A stretch of 64,000 bases of DNA from Candidatus Latescibacterota bacterium (GCA_963667175.2 CAXXXF010000015.1:768001-832000), one strand, 5' to 3'. Shown: positions 30,762 to 41,736, numbered from the stretch's first letter. Program-made: numbers and translations. Notes: a model not told the origin generated them from the letters alone.

Positions 30762-32077
30762 TAGAGGCCATGCCGCTCATCCTGTTCGGGGTCCTGTTTG
30801 TGCTGCTCCTCTTCGGCTTTCCCGTCGCGTTCACGCTGGGGGGCGTCTCCTTCATCCTGGGCTATCTCACGTTCGGCATCGACTTCTTCAACCTGCTGCC
30901 CCTGCGCATCTGGGGGGTGATGACCAATTACGTGCTCATCGCGGTCCCCCTGTTCGTCTATATGGGCGTCATGCTCGAGAAATCGGGGCTTGCCGAGGAA
31001 CTGCTGGAAACCATGGCACTGCTCTTCGGCAAGTTGCGCGGCGGTCTTGCCGTTTCCGTAATTGTCGTGGGCGCGCTGCTGGGCGCATCCACCGGCATCG
31101 TAGGGGCTACCGTCGTCACCATGGGGCTCCTGAGCCTGCCCACCATGCTCAGACGCGGTTACCGCACCGAACTCGCCACCGGTATCATCTCAGCGTCCGG
31201 TACGCTGGGCCAGATCATCCCGCCCAGCATCGTCCTGGTGCTGCTGGGAAGCATCCTGAATATTTCCATTGGCGACATGTTCATCGCAGCGGTGATTCCA
31301 GGCATGTGTCTGGTGGGTCTCTACCTGACCTGGATCGTGATTGTCGCCGTCGCGAAGCCGGAAACCGCTCCCGCCATGCCCAGGGAGGACCTGGACCGGT
31401 TTGTGGGCGCCGTCAGGGTCAAACAGACCATTCACGCCTTCCTGCTGCCCGGCCTGCTGATAACGGCCGTCCTGGGATCCATCTTCGCCGGTGTCGCGTC
31501 TCCCACCGAAGCCGCCGCGGTTGGCGCCCTGGGCGCAACCGTGCTCACACTGTGCAAGCGCAAGCTTTCCCTCGAAACCCTCAAGGCCGTCATGGCCGAG
31601 ACGACCCACCTGACCTGCATGGTCTTCATCATCCTGGTGGGCGCCACCGCCTTCGGCCTTGTTTTCAGGGGACTGCACGGCGACGCATATCTCACGCGAC
31701 TGATCGTGGAAGCCGATCCGGGGCCCCACGTTTTCCTCGCGCTCGTTATGGTCGTTATTTTCGTCGCCGGATTCTTTATAGACTTCATAGAAATCACGTT
31801 CATCATCGTTCCGGTTGTCGCGCCGATTTTCGCACACCTGGGCGTGGACCTTCTCTGGGTGGGCATCCTCATTGCGATGAACCTCCAGACGTCCTTTCTC
31901 ACCCCGCCTTTCGGATTTTCCCTGTTCTACCTGAAGGGCGTCGCGCCGCCCGAAGTCCAAACGGGCCAGATCTATCGGGGCATCATACCCTTTATCATCG
32001 TCCAGCTCATCGGCCTCACGCTGGTCATCGTCGTTCCCGAAGTGGCCACGTGGCTGCCCCGATACCTGGCGTCGTGA
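30758..32077 (+). CDS. dctM: TRAP transporter large permease
   Basis: GTLGQIIPPSIVL, ASPTEAAAVGA, NLQTSFLTPPFG; ATGA overlap with dctQ. Confidence 0.95.
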   Translation: MIEAMPLILFGVLFVLLLFGFPVAFTLGGVSFILGYLTFGIDFFNLLPLRIWGVMTNYVLIAVPLFVYMGVMLEKSGLAEELLETMALLFGKLRGGLAVSVIVVGALLGASTGIVGATVVTMGLLSLPTMLRRGYRTELATGIISASGTLGQIIPPSIVLVLLGSILNISIGDMFIAAVIPGMCLVGLYLTWIVIVAVAKPETAPAMPREDLDRFVGAVRVKQTIHAFLLPGLLITAVLGSIFAGVASPTEAAAVGALGATVLTLCKRKLSLETLKAVMAETTHLTCMVFIILVGATAFGLVFRGLHGDAYLTRLIVEADPGPHVFLALVMVVIFVAGFFIDFIEITFIIVPVVAPIFAHLGVDLLWVGILIAMNLQTSFLTPPFGFSLFYLKGVAPPEVQTGQIYRGIIPFIIVQLIGLTLVIVVPEVATWLPRYLAS

Positions 32078-32090
32078 TCGAAAACAAGAA

Positions 32091-32119
32091 ACAGGGACGC
32101 GTCTTTCGCGCATCCCTGT
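32091..32119. terminator. Imperfect hairpin, probable terminator between dctM and dctP
   Basis: ACAGGGAcGCG...CGCaTCCCTGT just after the dctM stop. Confidence 0.45.
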
Positions 32120-32364
32120 CTGACAAGACTGCCGTGTTCTGATCGGCTAACCTCAATTCGAAAAAAGATAACCGTAAAATCAACGACAAAAAGCACAAAA
32201 GGCACAAAGGGTATCGGCGCCAAACGGGGCGTGGAAGTCGTCCAAAGTGATGTTTTCTCCGTTCACGTCCAGTGACCTGAAGGTTCCTGGAAATCCGACG
32301 TCAAATCGCCTTTATTTTCTTGCGTATATTCGAATTTACGTTTCCGAAAAATGACGAATCGAGG

Positions 32365-33486
32365 CTAACCGCCTATCGCGGAATAATAGAGTTTCTCCGA
32401 AAGCCCGGCCCACGGGTCGATGTTCTTCCGGAACCCGTCGAAAGAAGCATAGACCTTTTTGCTCATCGGATCGGCTTCGGCCACCTCTTCTTCAACTTCC
32501 TGCGAGTACCGGCGCAACGTCTTGAGGACCTCGTCCGAAAACCGTCGCAACTCAACATTGTGTTCTTTCGTGAGCTTCTGCAGATAAATGCTGTTCTTGG
32601 CCTCGAATTCGGAAAGCATCCAGGCGTTGGACCGGGCGGCGGCCGCCTGCACGATCTGTTGAAGGTCGTTTGGCAACTGCTCAAACGCGAGCCGGTTGAC
32701 GATCAGTTCAAGCGAGGTCCCCGGCTCGTGCCATCCCGGATAATAGTAATATTTCGCGGCTCGGAAGAATCCCATCAGAAAGTCGTGGTAGGGTCCGATC
32801 CATTCGGTAGCATCGATCACGCCGCGTTCCAGGTTGGTGTAGATTTCACCTCCGGCCGAAAGCACGGCTGATCCGCCGGCCCTGGCGATCACCTTGCCGC
32901 CGAGGCCGGGTATTCGCATTTTCAGGCCTTGAAAGTCGGATATACTGTCCATTTCCCGGTTGAACCAGCCGCCCATCTGGACTCCGGTATTGCCGACGGG
33001 CATCGCGATCAGGTTGAACGGGGCATACAGTTCCTGCCAGAGCTCCAGCCCGCCGCCGCTGTAGATCCAGGCGTTGAGCTGCTGTCCGTTCATGCCGAAC
33101 GGCACCGCCGCGAAAAACTGGGTTGCCGGCGCTTTGCCGGCCCAATAATACGCGGCGCCGTGGCACATCTCAACCGTGCCCTGGTTGGCGGCATCGAAAC
33201 CTTCGAGCGGAGGAATCAACTCGCCGCCGCCGTAAACGGTAATTTTCAGCTGGCCGCCCGACATCTCGTCAATCCATTTGGCCAGCAGGTCCGCGCCTTC
33301 GCCGAGAATGGGAAAATGCGGCGGCCAGGTGGTTACCATCTTCCATTCGAACTTCCTTCCGGTCTGCACGGCGGGCGCGTCGGTCTTATCTCGTGAGGCG
33401 GGGCTGCAGCCCGCCATCGCCGCAACGCCGCCGGCAATCCCGACGGAGGCTTTCTTGAGAAAATCGCGTCGTTCGAACTTCTCCAT
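32365..33486 (-). CDS. dctP: TRAP substrate-binding protein (TakP-like), Tat lipoprotein
   Basis: ERRDFLKK Tat motif, MAGC lipobox, WKMVTTWP, GNTGVQMGGWF, KMRIPGLGG, YYYPGWHEP. Confidence 0.93.
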   Translation of the reverse strand: MEKFERRDFLKKASVGIAGGVAAMAGCSPASRDKTDAPAVQTGRKFEWKMVTTWPPHFPILGEGADLLAKWIDEMSGGQLKITVYGGGELIPPLEGFDAANQGTVEMCHGAAYYWAGKAPATQFFAAVPFGMNGQQLNAWIYSGGGLELWQELYAPFNLIAMPVGNTGVQMGGWFNREMDSISDFQGLKMRIPGLGGKVIARAGGSAVLSAGGEIYTNLERGVIDATEWIGPYHDFLMGFFRAAKYYYYPGWHEPGTSLELIVNRLAFEQLPNDLQQIVQAAAARSNAWMLSEFEAKNSIYLQKLTKEHNVELRRFSDEVLKTLRRYSQEVEEEVAEADPMSKKVYASFDGFRKNIDPWAGLSEKLYYSAIGG

Positions 33487-33629
33487 ACAGTTCCTCCACA
33501 CGCAAATCCCGGTGATCACGCAAAGCGCTTGCCGATCAACGGAACAAGGTAGGCCGCTTAAACACCGATGGCAAGAAGAATGAGAACCCCCGTATTCCTC
33601 CTTTGGAGGCCGGGGGTGGGGAGAAAGCA

Positions 33630-36365
33630 ATGAGCGAACCAGAGAAAAAGCTTTACCTGCTGGACGGAATGGCGCTGGTTTACCGGGCCCATTTCTCCAT
33701 GATTCGCAACCCGCGAATGTCCTCTACAGGCCTGAATACGTCGACGGTATTCGTGCTCACGAACACCCTGCTGGACATTCTGAACAATGCGGATCCCAGC
33801 CATATCGGCGTTGTATTCGACACGCCCGAGCCAACCCACCGGCACAGGATGTTTCCCGAATACAAGGCCCAGCGCGAGGCCATGCCCGAGGATCTCAGCG
33901 CGGCGCTACCCTACGTCTTTCGCCTGTGCGAAGCGTTCAACCTGCCCGTTGTCAGGGTACCCGGATGGGAAGCGGACGACGTGATCGGAACGCTGGCCAA
34001 ACAGGCAGAAACGGCGGGGTTTACAACCTATATGGTCACACCCGACAAGGACTACGGCCAACTGGTCTCGGACCGCACCTTCGTCTGCAAACCGGGTCGC
34101 ACCGGCGACGTCGAAAACCAGGGAGTCAACGAAATTCTGGAGAAGTGGCAGATCGAACGCGTGGAACAGGTCATCGATATCCTGGGCCTGATGGGCGACA
34201 GTTCGGACAACGTGCCCGGCGTGCCGGGCGTGGGTGAAAAAACCGCCCAGAAACTCATCGGAAAGTATGGAAGCATAGAGAACCTGCTCGACCATACGCA
34301 CGAACTCAAGGGAAAACAGAAGGAACGCATTGAAGAAAACCGCGAACAGGCGCTGCTTTCCAAGAAACTGGTCACAATAGAGCGCGACGTGGTGCTGGAA
34401 GTAAAGCCCGATGACCTGGAACGTGTCAATTGGGACGAGGCGAAATTGCAGGCGCTGTTTGTCGAGCTTGAGTTCAATACCCTCGGCCAGCGACTGTTCG
34501 GCGACTCGTTCAAGGCGGGTCCCACAGCCGCAACCGACGAGGTCGGAGGAGACGTCCGCACGATCGAGGACGTGGAGCACGAATACAAGCTGGTGGATAC
34601 CGCGGAGTCGCGAAGAGAACTCATCGACGCGCTGAGTCAGCAGAAGGCCTTCTGTTTCGACGTCGAAACCACGGGCCTGAACCCCAGGAAGTGCGATTTG
34701 ATCGGCCTCGCCTTTTCCTACGAAGCGCACACGGGATTCTATGCGCCATTGCCCGACGTGCCTGAAGAGGCGCTCGAAATCCTGGAGACGTTTCGTCCCG
34801 TCCTGGAGGATCCGGAAATCGAGAAGATCGGCCACCACCTTAAATTCGATCTGAGCGTATTGCGCTGGAAGGGATTTCGGGTCAACGGGCCTCTGTTCGA
34901 CACCATGCTTGCCGCTTATCTGGCCGCGCCGGACCTTCGCCGCACCATGGACTATCTCTCCGAAGCGCTGTTGGGATATCGCCCCATACCAATTTCCGAC
35001 CTCATCGGCGAAAAAGGCGAGGACCAGCTGAGCCTGCCGGACGTTCCGCTGGACCAGGTAACCACGTATGCGGCTGAGGATGCGGACGTAACCCTTCAAC
35101 TGAGCGAAGTCCTGAGGTCCATGCTCGAAGATATGGGGCAGGTGCGCGTGTTCCGGGACGTGGAATGTCCGCTCATCCCCGCCCTGGTCGAAATGGAACG
35201 CGAAGGCATCCGGTGTGAAGCCGGGGCGCTTCGAGATTTGTCCGACGGGCTCTCGGGAGAAATCGATCGGGCCAGGGAGCAGATTTTCCAACTTGCAGGA
35301 GAACAATTCGATCTCAACTCGCCCAGGCAACTGGGCGACGTCCTGTTCGACAAACTGAAACTCGACCCGAACGCGCGCCGGACGGCCAGGACCAAACAGT
35401 ACCAGACCACGGAACAGGTCCTGCGGCGGCTGGCGTACAAGCACCAAATCGTGGAACAGGTGATGTTTTACCGGATGTGCGCCAAATTGAAATCCACCTA
35501 CGTCGACCAGTTGCCGGGTTCGATTTTCAAACCCACGGGCCGAATCCATACCAACTACGAGGCGGCGGTTACCGCGACCGGCCGTCTGCAGTCTAACGGT
35601 CCGAATATGCAGAATATCCCCATCCGCACCGAAATGGGCCGGGAGATCCGAAAGGCCTTCGTGCCGCGCGATGAAAGCCACGTGCTGCTTGCCGCCGACT
35701 ACTCCCAGATCGAACTCCGCGTTGCCGCCGAACTCAGCGGGGACGAAGCGCTCACGGAGGTTTTCAGGCAGGGCGGCGACGTCCACACGGCGACCGCTGA
35801 AAAAATCTACGGCATCGAAGAGGCTACCGAAGATATGCGGCGCCACGCGAAAACCGTCAACTTCGGCATTATCTACGGCATCTCGGCGTTCGGCCTCGCC
35901 GAACGCCTGGACATCACCCGAAAGCAGGCGGGCGAACTCATCGCCAATTACTTCGATCAGTTTCCCGGCATCCGGACCTACATGGACGAGACCATCGAGT
36001 TCGCCCGGGAAAACGGATACGTGGAGACGGTCACCGGTCGCCGCCGCTATCTGCGGGATATCAACTCGCGCAACGCCACCACCCGGAAGGGGGAAGAGCG
36101 AAACGCCATCAACTCGCGAATCCAGGGCACGGCCGCGGACATGATCAAACTCGCGATGAGCCATATCCATCGCGAGATTCTGGAACGTGACCTCAGATCC
36201 CGTATGCTGCTTCAGGTTCACGACGAACTGGTCTTCGATATGCGCCTGGACGAAGCGGATATCCTCCCGACCATCGTCGAAGACGCGATGAAATCCGCCA
36301 TTCCGATGCGGGTTCCCATCGTCGTGGAAATGGGCACGGGGACGAACTGGCTGGACGCGCATTGA
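33630..36365 (+). CDS. polA: DNA polymerase I
   Basis: 5'-3' exonuclease (LLDGMALVYRA, EADD, GDSSDNVPGV), 3'-5' exonuclease (FDVETTG), polymerase motifs ADYSQIELR, KTVNFGIIYG, LQVHDELVF. Confidence 0.98.
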   Translation: MSEPEKKLYLLDGMALVYRAHFSMIRNPRMSSTGLNTSTVFVLTNTLLDILNNADPSHIGVVFDTPEPTHRHRMFPEYKAQREAMPEDLSAALPYVFRLCEAFNLPVVRVPGWEADDVIGTLAKQAETAGFTTYMVTPDKDYGQLVSDRTFVCKPGRTGDVENQGVNEILEKWQIERVEQVIDILGLMGDSSDNVPGVPGVGEKTAQKLIGKYGSIENLLDHTHELKGKQKERIEENREQALLSKKLVTIERDVVLEVKPDDLERVNWDEAKLQALFVELEFNTLGQRLFGDSFKAGPTAATDEVGGDVRTIEDVEHEYKLVDTAESRRELIDALSQQKAFCFDVETTGLNPRKCDLIGLAFSYEAHTGFYAPLPDVPEEALEILETFRPVLEDPEIEKIGHHLKFDLSVLRWKGFRVNGPLFDTMLAAYLAAPDLRRTMDYLSEALLGYRPIPISDLIGEKGEDQLSLPDVPLDQVTTYAAEDADVTLQLSEVLRSMLEDMGQVRVFRDVECPLIPALVEMEREGIRCEAGALRDLSDGLSGEIDRAREQIFQLAGEQFDLNSPRQLGDVLFDKLKLDPNARRTARTKQYQTTEQVLRRLAYKHQIVEQVMFYRMCAKLKSTYVDQLPGSIFKPTGRIHTNYEAAVTATGRLQSNGPNMQNIPIRTEMGREIRKAFVPRDESHVLLAADYSQIELRVAAELSGDEALTEVFRQGGDVHTATAEKIYGIEEATEDMRRHAKTVNFGIIYGISAFGLAERLDITRKQAGELIANYFDQFPGIRTYMDETIEFARENGYVETVTGRRRYLRDINSRNATTRKGEERNAINSRIQGTAADMIKLAMSHIHREILERDLRSRMLLQVHDELVFDMRLDEADILPTIVEDAMKSAIPMRVPIVVEMGTGTNWLDAH

Positions 36366-36414
36366 TTCGTGGCACGGGCGACAGATTGCCGCCACCGTCT
36401 ACGGGGAAGACGCC

Positions 36415-39400
36415 ATGCGAAACGAAAAAGTGACCGATGTCATCGAATCGGCGATCAAGAAAACAGCAGAGATGAATCCACAGGAGACCGACGGCGAATG
36501 GCTTGAAGTCGTCACTGTGGAGTCCGGTCCATACATCAAAGAGTGGGACATCTCAGCGTGCTGGCATTGGGACGACTGGCCGGATCGAGAGACTCATTTC
36601 CCGATCACGACCAAATTGGACGTGGGGATCGACGCCGTAGCCGTGCGTCGCGGCGACGGAAAGCACGTTGCAATCCAGTGCAAGTCGCGCCGGCTTGATG
36701 ACCAGGGACGCGGTACCTCAATCAACAGCAACGAGATCGCCAAGTTTGCGGCTGCGTCCGCAGCGGATTTCTGGGCAGAACGCTGGGTGGTCACCAACGG
36801 AGACAATCCACTTGCCAGCGGTGCAGTGCAGTCGGCTTCGATGAGCGAGAAGCCGCTCAAACTGGTCAACGTCACGAACGACTTGCACCAGCAGCGGCGG
36901 TCCGATGGCGCATCTGAGACGTGCGAGCACCGCACGATTCCGGATAATGAGGATGCGATTCAAACGAAATCCTGCATGCAAAACGAAGCCGTCGCCAACA
37001 GCGTCCGCATACTCAAAGAGCAGGAACGCTCTGAGAGCGGAGGACGTCCGCTCGGCGAGGCCCGCGGAAGAATCATCCTGCCCTGCGGAACGGGGAAGAC
37101 TCGCATCTCGCTCCGGATCATAGAAGAACTGACGCCTCCGGGCGAACTGTCCATCGTGCTGTGTCCGTCCATCGCGCTCGTAACCCAGATAAGGCGCGAA
37201 TATCTGCAATACTCCGTGGTTCCGTTAGACGTGCTTGCGGTCTGCTCGGACGTTACGGCGGGCTACGACCCCAGGAAGGAGGGCAAGCGCAACGCGACGC
37301 TCGACCCTACGGTCGATAACAGCAATGTCAGCGCGTCCGAAGTGAAGGGCAGGGTAACCACCGACGCCGGAGAAATAGCCGATTGGATGCGCCAGAGCGC
37401 CGTCGACAGCGGAATCAAGGTTCTCATTGGGACATACCAGAGCAGCGGCAGGGTATCGGAAGCCCTGCTGAGCGCCGGTGTCAGAGCGCGCGTGATGATT
37501 GCTGACGAAGCGCACAGAACGGCGGGACTGAAGCGCAAGAACTCCAGATCCACTGCCGCCAATGAAGAAGAAAAGCGTCTTCGCGACTTCACTGTCTGCC
37601 ACAACAGCAACAGGTTTCCCGCAACCTATCGCGTCTATCAGACTGCAACTCCGCGCATTTATGACGGCAAGCGCGCCATCGGCAATCCGAACTGGATCGT
37701 CCGCTCGATGGACGACGAGACCACGTTCGGCGTCGAACTGTACCGCAAAAGCTACCTCGAAGCCGTCCGCAACCGTTGGCTGTCTGACTACCGCATCATT
37801 GCGATGGGCATCAACGACCCGGAGGCGTTCGAGACCGCGAATATTCTGGCCAAGAACACGATGAGCAAAGGACGCGGCAAGCTAACGACCGCGGACTACC
37901 TGCGCGGCCTGGCGTACGCTCTCACCATGGGCGGAGCGACCCAGGGGGATAATGTGGACATCAGGTCGTGCATTGCCTTCATGAACACGGTGGACAAGTC
38001 CAGAAACATGGCGGCAGACCTTCAGACCGAAAAGGTAAAGGAATGGGTCTCCCGGTGGCTCGTCGAGAACGCGGATGGCAGGGTTGTGTCTGATTACAGC
38101 CTCGAACACCTGGACGCTTCCAGCAGCGCCGCGGCACGCGAAACCGCGAAGGAACGGCTCGCTTCTGGCGATTTGGAGAACCCGCACGGCATCATCAATG
38201 TGGGCATCTTCGGAGAGGGCACCGATTCGCCGTCATTAAGCGCGGTGGCGTTTCTGGAAGCCCGTAAAAGTCCCATCGACGTCGTGCAAGCCGTCGGAAG
38301 GGCGATGCGAACCGCCCCCGACAAAGAGCTGGGCTACATTGTCTGCCCCATTCTGATTCCTCCGACTGCCGACCCCGAAAAATGGCTGAGCAACAGCGAC
38401 TCCGAGGAAGGTTGGCAGGAGCTTGGGCAGATTCTCCTGGCGTTGCGCGCCCACGACCAGCGCATCGAGGAGAACCTTGAGGAACTCCTGCAACTGTACA
38501 TCCCCAAGCCGCCGCCGGTTGAGCGCACTCTGGTGGCGGTTGCCACCGGTGAGGGCAATCGCATCCAGTACGGCGAAGTCGAGGGACCGCCCGGCGCGGC
38601 GCAGGAAGCGGTCGAACAGGTGTTGAAAGGCAAGACCCGCGCCGAGTCCGGAATACGACGCATAAGCGAAACGCCTGTCAATTTCCGGGCACAGGACAGC
38701 GCCAATTCCGCATCCGGATTGCCACGTATAAGCGAAGAACCGGTCGATTACCGTGCAGTGGAGATAACGCAGGTCTTGACAGGGAAAAAAAACGACGACG
38801 GTAGTATTGAGCTCCGCTCGGACTCCGTCGACCGAGACAAACCGAAAACTGGCGATGCGCGGGGCGTCGTGAACATACAGAAAACCAAAGCCAGGGCTCG
38901 GAAGATGATTAATACCGGCGAGGGCGGCACTCGCGTTCCGCCGGGCAGTCATCGGAAGTCCCGCAAGTCCGCCAAAGAGCGAGCAGAGGAAAAAGGACAG
39001 TTGATGCTCAAGTTGAGCGGGCTGGAAGCGCACGGCAGGGCCATCAAGATGAACCTTCTGGCGAAGTCCGGGCTGAGCGAAAATCGCGTGATGCGCGATC
39101 TGAACATACTGGAAGGGAGCGTCACCGAAGCTGCGTACCACATGCGCGCCGACGAACTGTTGCATGCGCTGAACCAGCACTTTGGACTGGACAGGCTCAA
39201 GAAGACGGATAAGAAGCATGCGGACGGATGCACGGTAGCCGCTCTTCTGATGATGAACGCCGCCATGCTGCACCAGCGTATAGCGAATGGCGGCTGGCTC
39301 TCGGGTATCAGCGATCTGTCGATCATCAAGAACGAAGTGAATGTCGTTCGGAAGATGAGCCGCGAATGGGAGCGCATCATGCGCCATGACTTCCGTCCGG

Positions 39401-41736
39401 TGCTTGAACCCGCGCTGGAAGCCATCTACGCGATAGAGACAACGGGTAAGACCGCCGGTCTGGAACGCGCCTTGCATCACCTCGCCGCCGAAGCCGAGCG
39501 CATCGCCGAGTCATACGCGGATATGGGCGCCGACCACGCGGGACCGCTATTCAACCGTGTCATGGGCAACCAGGCGTCGGATGGCGCGTTTTTCACCAGG
39601 CCAGTCGCCGCGTCGCTCGCTGCGCGTCTGACGCTGGACGTCTGCGGAGACCTGGACTGGTCAGACCCACGAGTATGGCGGGAGCACAAGACCGTCGATC
39701 TGGCGTGCGGCAGCGGCACGCTGCTTGCCGCAATGCTGACCGACATGAAGGGCCGTGCGGCGGAGAGGGACGCCAACGCGGAAATCCTGACCCAGCTTCA
39801 GAAGTTGGCGGTTGAGGATGTCATAAAAGGATTGGACATTAACCCCGTTTCTCTCCAGCTCGCCGCGTCCCAACTGACGGCGGGCAATCATAGAGTCAGC
39901 TACCGTAGAATGGGACTTCACCAGATGCCCTACGGCCCCGACAGGGACAATCCCGGCAGGATGTCGGTCGGAACGCTTGAACTGCTTGGGCAGAAGTCGA
40001 TTGTTAGCAGAGAAGGCGAACTGGACCTGGACGACGACGCAATCGGCTCGCAGGCCACCTGGGCGTCAGCCGACGACACGGACCTTGAGGACGCGGTTGA
40101 CGCGGCCAGGGATGCCCGCATCGTCATTATGAACCCGCCGTTCACCAACCGCGCCAACATGGGCGAGAAGTTTCCGAAGGAGACGCAGAAACGACTGCGA
40201 GCCCGCGCGGACTCAATGGAGCAGATACTCATTCAGGCTGACGCGGAACTAACCGAGTTCGTTGATAAGAACTCGATTGCGCCTCTATTTGTTGCCGTGG
40301 CGGATCATAGTCTTGAGCAAAAGAACGGCGTTCTGACTATGGTTCATCCAACAATCGCTCTGAGTAATCCGTCAGGGCTTGAAGAACGCCGCATCCTCGC
40401 ACAGCGCTTCCATGTCCACACCGTGTTAACCTCCCACCAGCCTCTTAATATTAACATGAGCCAGCATACGAGCATCAACGAGAGCATCGTGGTGATGCGG
40501 CGACATGCTCGTGACAAACCGCCGACGCGGTTCATCAATCTTGACAGGATGCCGGTGGACGATGGCGAGGTTGCCGATTTTCATCGATGTCTGCTGGACT
40601 GCGAGGAAGGTCTTATAGCGAACGGATGGGGCGATGTGTCGTTCTGGCCTGCCGAGCGCATCGAGGCCGGCGATTGGACGCCCGCGATATGGCGTTCTCC
40701 TGCGCTGGCGGAAGCGGCGTCTGAATTTGCCAACCATCCAGAACTACATACTATCGGAAAGTGCATGGGTTGGACGACACATGAAGCCATGCGTAGATTG
40801 TATGAAAACTTTGAGAAGTCAACAGAGGACAATTCTGAGAGCATCCCAGTGTTGGAGTCAAAAGGAGCTGATGGTCAAGAAACGATAGCAAGTGTTCCTG
40901 ATGGCTATTGGATTCCCAAGCAAGGCCGGAAACGGCAAGCAGCACATTACGTTGGATGGGCATCGCATCTGTTAGTAACTTCTGGACAACGAAACAATAC
41001 GGCTCGATTAACTGCGAGTGCAAGTGACAATAGGTATTTGGGAATTGGATGGTCTCCTGTGGTTGGGCCATCCATAAACGAGGCAAAGGCTGTTTCAGTA
41101 TTCATCAACTCAACACCGGGACGGTTGCAACTTATGCGAGGCCCAGGTCAGACCATCGAATTCCCCACTTACAAACCCCGGACTATAGAAAGCCTCAAAG
41201 TACCCGATATCAAGGACGACCTCATACGCGGCATTCTGGCCGGCTGCTGGGAACGCACGAAGGACATGGAGGTGCCACAGTTTCGCGACGGCGAATGCGA
41301 AGTGCGGCGGCTGTGGGACGAAGCCGTAGCCGACGCGATGGGCTGGGACGCTACCGAGCTAACTCGCCTCCGCCTGCTGTTGCACCAGGAGCCGCATGTG
41401 CGTGGTCTGGGATACGGGCAATTCGCCGACGAAGTCGACATTGAGCCGGCCGATCATGAGCGATTCAATGAACTGGCTGACCAATGGGAAATAGAAACTG
41501 TGCTGCTGTCACGCACCGACCTGATGATCAAACATCCCGCCCACCAAAAAATCATCAGTATGGGTGAGCCGGCAGTACCCCTGATCCTGCAACGGATGAG
41601 ATCACAGGGCGGACACTGGTTTACAGCTCTTCGCGAAATCACCAACGCTAACCCCGTTCAGTTCGCCGACAGAGGCAATGTATCGGCTATGCAGGAGGCC
41701 TGGCTGAAATGGGGCGAAGCCAATGGATACGCCTAG
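36415..41736 (+). CDS. Type ISP-like single-chain restriction-modification enzyme (Mrr nuclease, SF2 helicase, N6-adenine MTase, TRD) with extra C-terminal helical domain
   Basis: DVGIDAV...AIQCK nuclease; LPCGTGKT, ADEAHRT, TATPR, EGTDSP and QAVGRAMR helicase motifs; GAFFTRP, DLACGSGTLL and IMNPPF MTase motifs. Confidence 0.88.
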   Translation: MRNEKVTDVIESAIKKTAEMNPQETDGEWLEVVTVESGPYIKEWDISACWHWDDWPDRETHFPITTKLDVGIDAVAVRRGDGKHVAIQCKSRRLDDQGRGTSINSNEIAKFAAASAADFWAERWVVTNGDNPLASGAVQSASMSEKPLKLVNVTNDLHQQRRSDGASETCEHRTIPDNEDAIQTKSCMQNEAVANSVRILKEQERSESGGRPLGEARGRIILPCGTGKTRISLRIIEELTPPGELSIVLCPSIALVTQIRREYLQYSVVPLDVLAVCSDVTAGYDPRKEGKRNATLDPTVDNSNVSASEVKGRVTTDAGEIADWMRQSAVDSGIKVLIGTYQSSGRVSEALLSAGVRARVMIADEAHRTAGLKRKNSRSTAANEEEKRLRDFTVCHNSNRFPATYRVYQTATPRIYDGKRAIGNPNWIVRSMDDETTFGVELYRKSYLEAVRNRWLSDYRIIAMGINDPEAFETANILAKNTMSKGRGKLTTADYLRGLAYALTMGGATQGDNVDIRSCIAFMNTVDKSRNMAADLQTEKVKEWVSRWLVENADGRVVSDYSLEHLDASSSAAARETAKERLASGDLENPHGIINVGIFGEGTDSPSLSAVAFLEARKSPIDVVQAVGRAMRTAPDKELGYIVCPILIPPTADPEKWLSNSDSEEGWQELGQILLALRAHDQRIEENLEELLQLYIPKPPPVERTLVAVATGEGNRIQYGEVEGPPGAAQEAVEQVLKGKTRAESGIRRISETPVNFRAQDSANSASGLPRISEEPVDYRAVEITQVLTGKKNDDGSIELRSDSVDRDKPKTGDARGVVNIQKTKARARKMINTGEGGTRVPPGSHRKSRKSAKERAEEKGQLMLKLSGLEAHGRAIKMNLLAKSGLSENRVMRDLNILEGSVTEAAYHMRADELLHALNQHFGLDRLKKTDKKHADGCTVAALLMMNAAMLHQRIANGGWLSGISDLSIIKNEVNVVRKMSREWERIMRHDFRPVLEPALEAIYAIETTGKTAGLERALHHLAAEAERIAESYADMGADHAGPLFNRVMGNQASDGAFFTRPVAASLAARLTLDVCGDLDWSDPRVWREHKTVDLACGSGTLLAAMLTDMKGRAAERDANAEILTQLQKLAVEDVIKGLDINPVSLQLAASQLTAGNHRVSYRRMGLHQMPYGPDRDNPGRMSVGTLELLGQKSIVSREGELDLDDDAIGSQATWASADDTDLEDAVDAARDARIVIMNPPFTNRANMGEKFPKETQKRLRARADSMEQILIQADAELTEFVDKNSIAPLFVAVADHSLEQKNGVLTMVHPTIALSNPSGLEERRILAQRFHVHTVLTSHQPLNINMSQHTSINESIVVMRRHARDKPPTRFINLDRMPVDDGEVADFHRCLLDCEEGLIANGWGDVSFWPAERIEAGDWTPAIWRSPALAEAASEFANHPELHTIGKCMGWTTHEAMRRLYENFEKSTEDNSESIPVLESKGADGQETIASVPDGYWIPKQGRKRQAAHYVGWASHLLVTSGQRNNTARLTASASDNRYLGIGWSPVVGPSINEAKAVSVFINSTPGRLQLMRGPGQTIEFPTYKPRTIESLKVPDIKDDLIRGILAGCWERTKDMEVPQFRDGECEVRRLWDEAVADAMGWDATELTRLRLLLHQEPHVRGLGYGQFADEVDIEPADHERFNELADQWEIETVLLSRTDLMIKHPAHQKIISMGEPAVPLILQRMRSQGGHWFTALREITNANPVQFADRGNVSAMQEAWLKWGEANGYA

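Noticed and set aside
33906-36395. 829-aa minus-strand ORF
   Set aside because: Antisense shadow of polA, typical of high-GC DNA; no motifs. The same applies to 28252-29970, and 12515-13852 is an alternative-frame shadow of the lyase gene.
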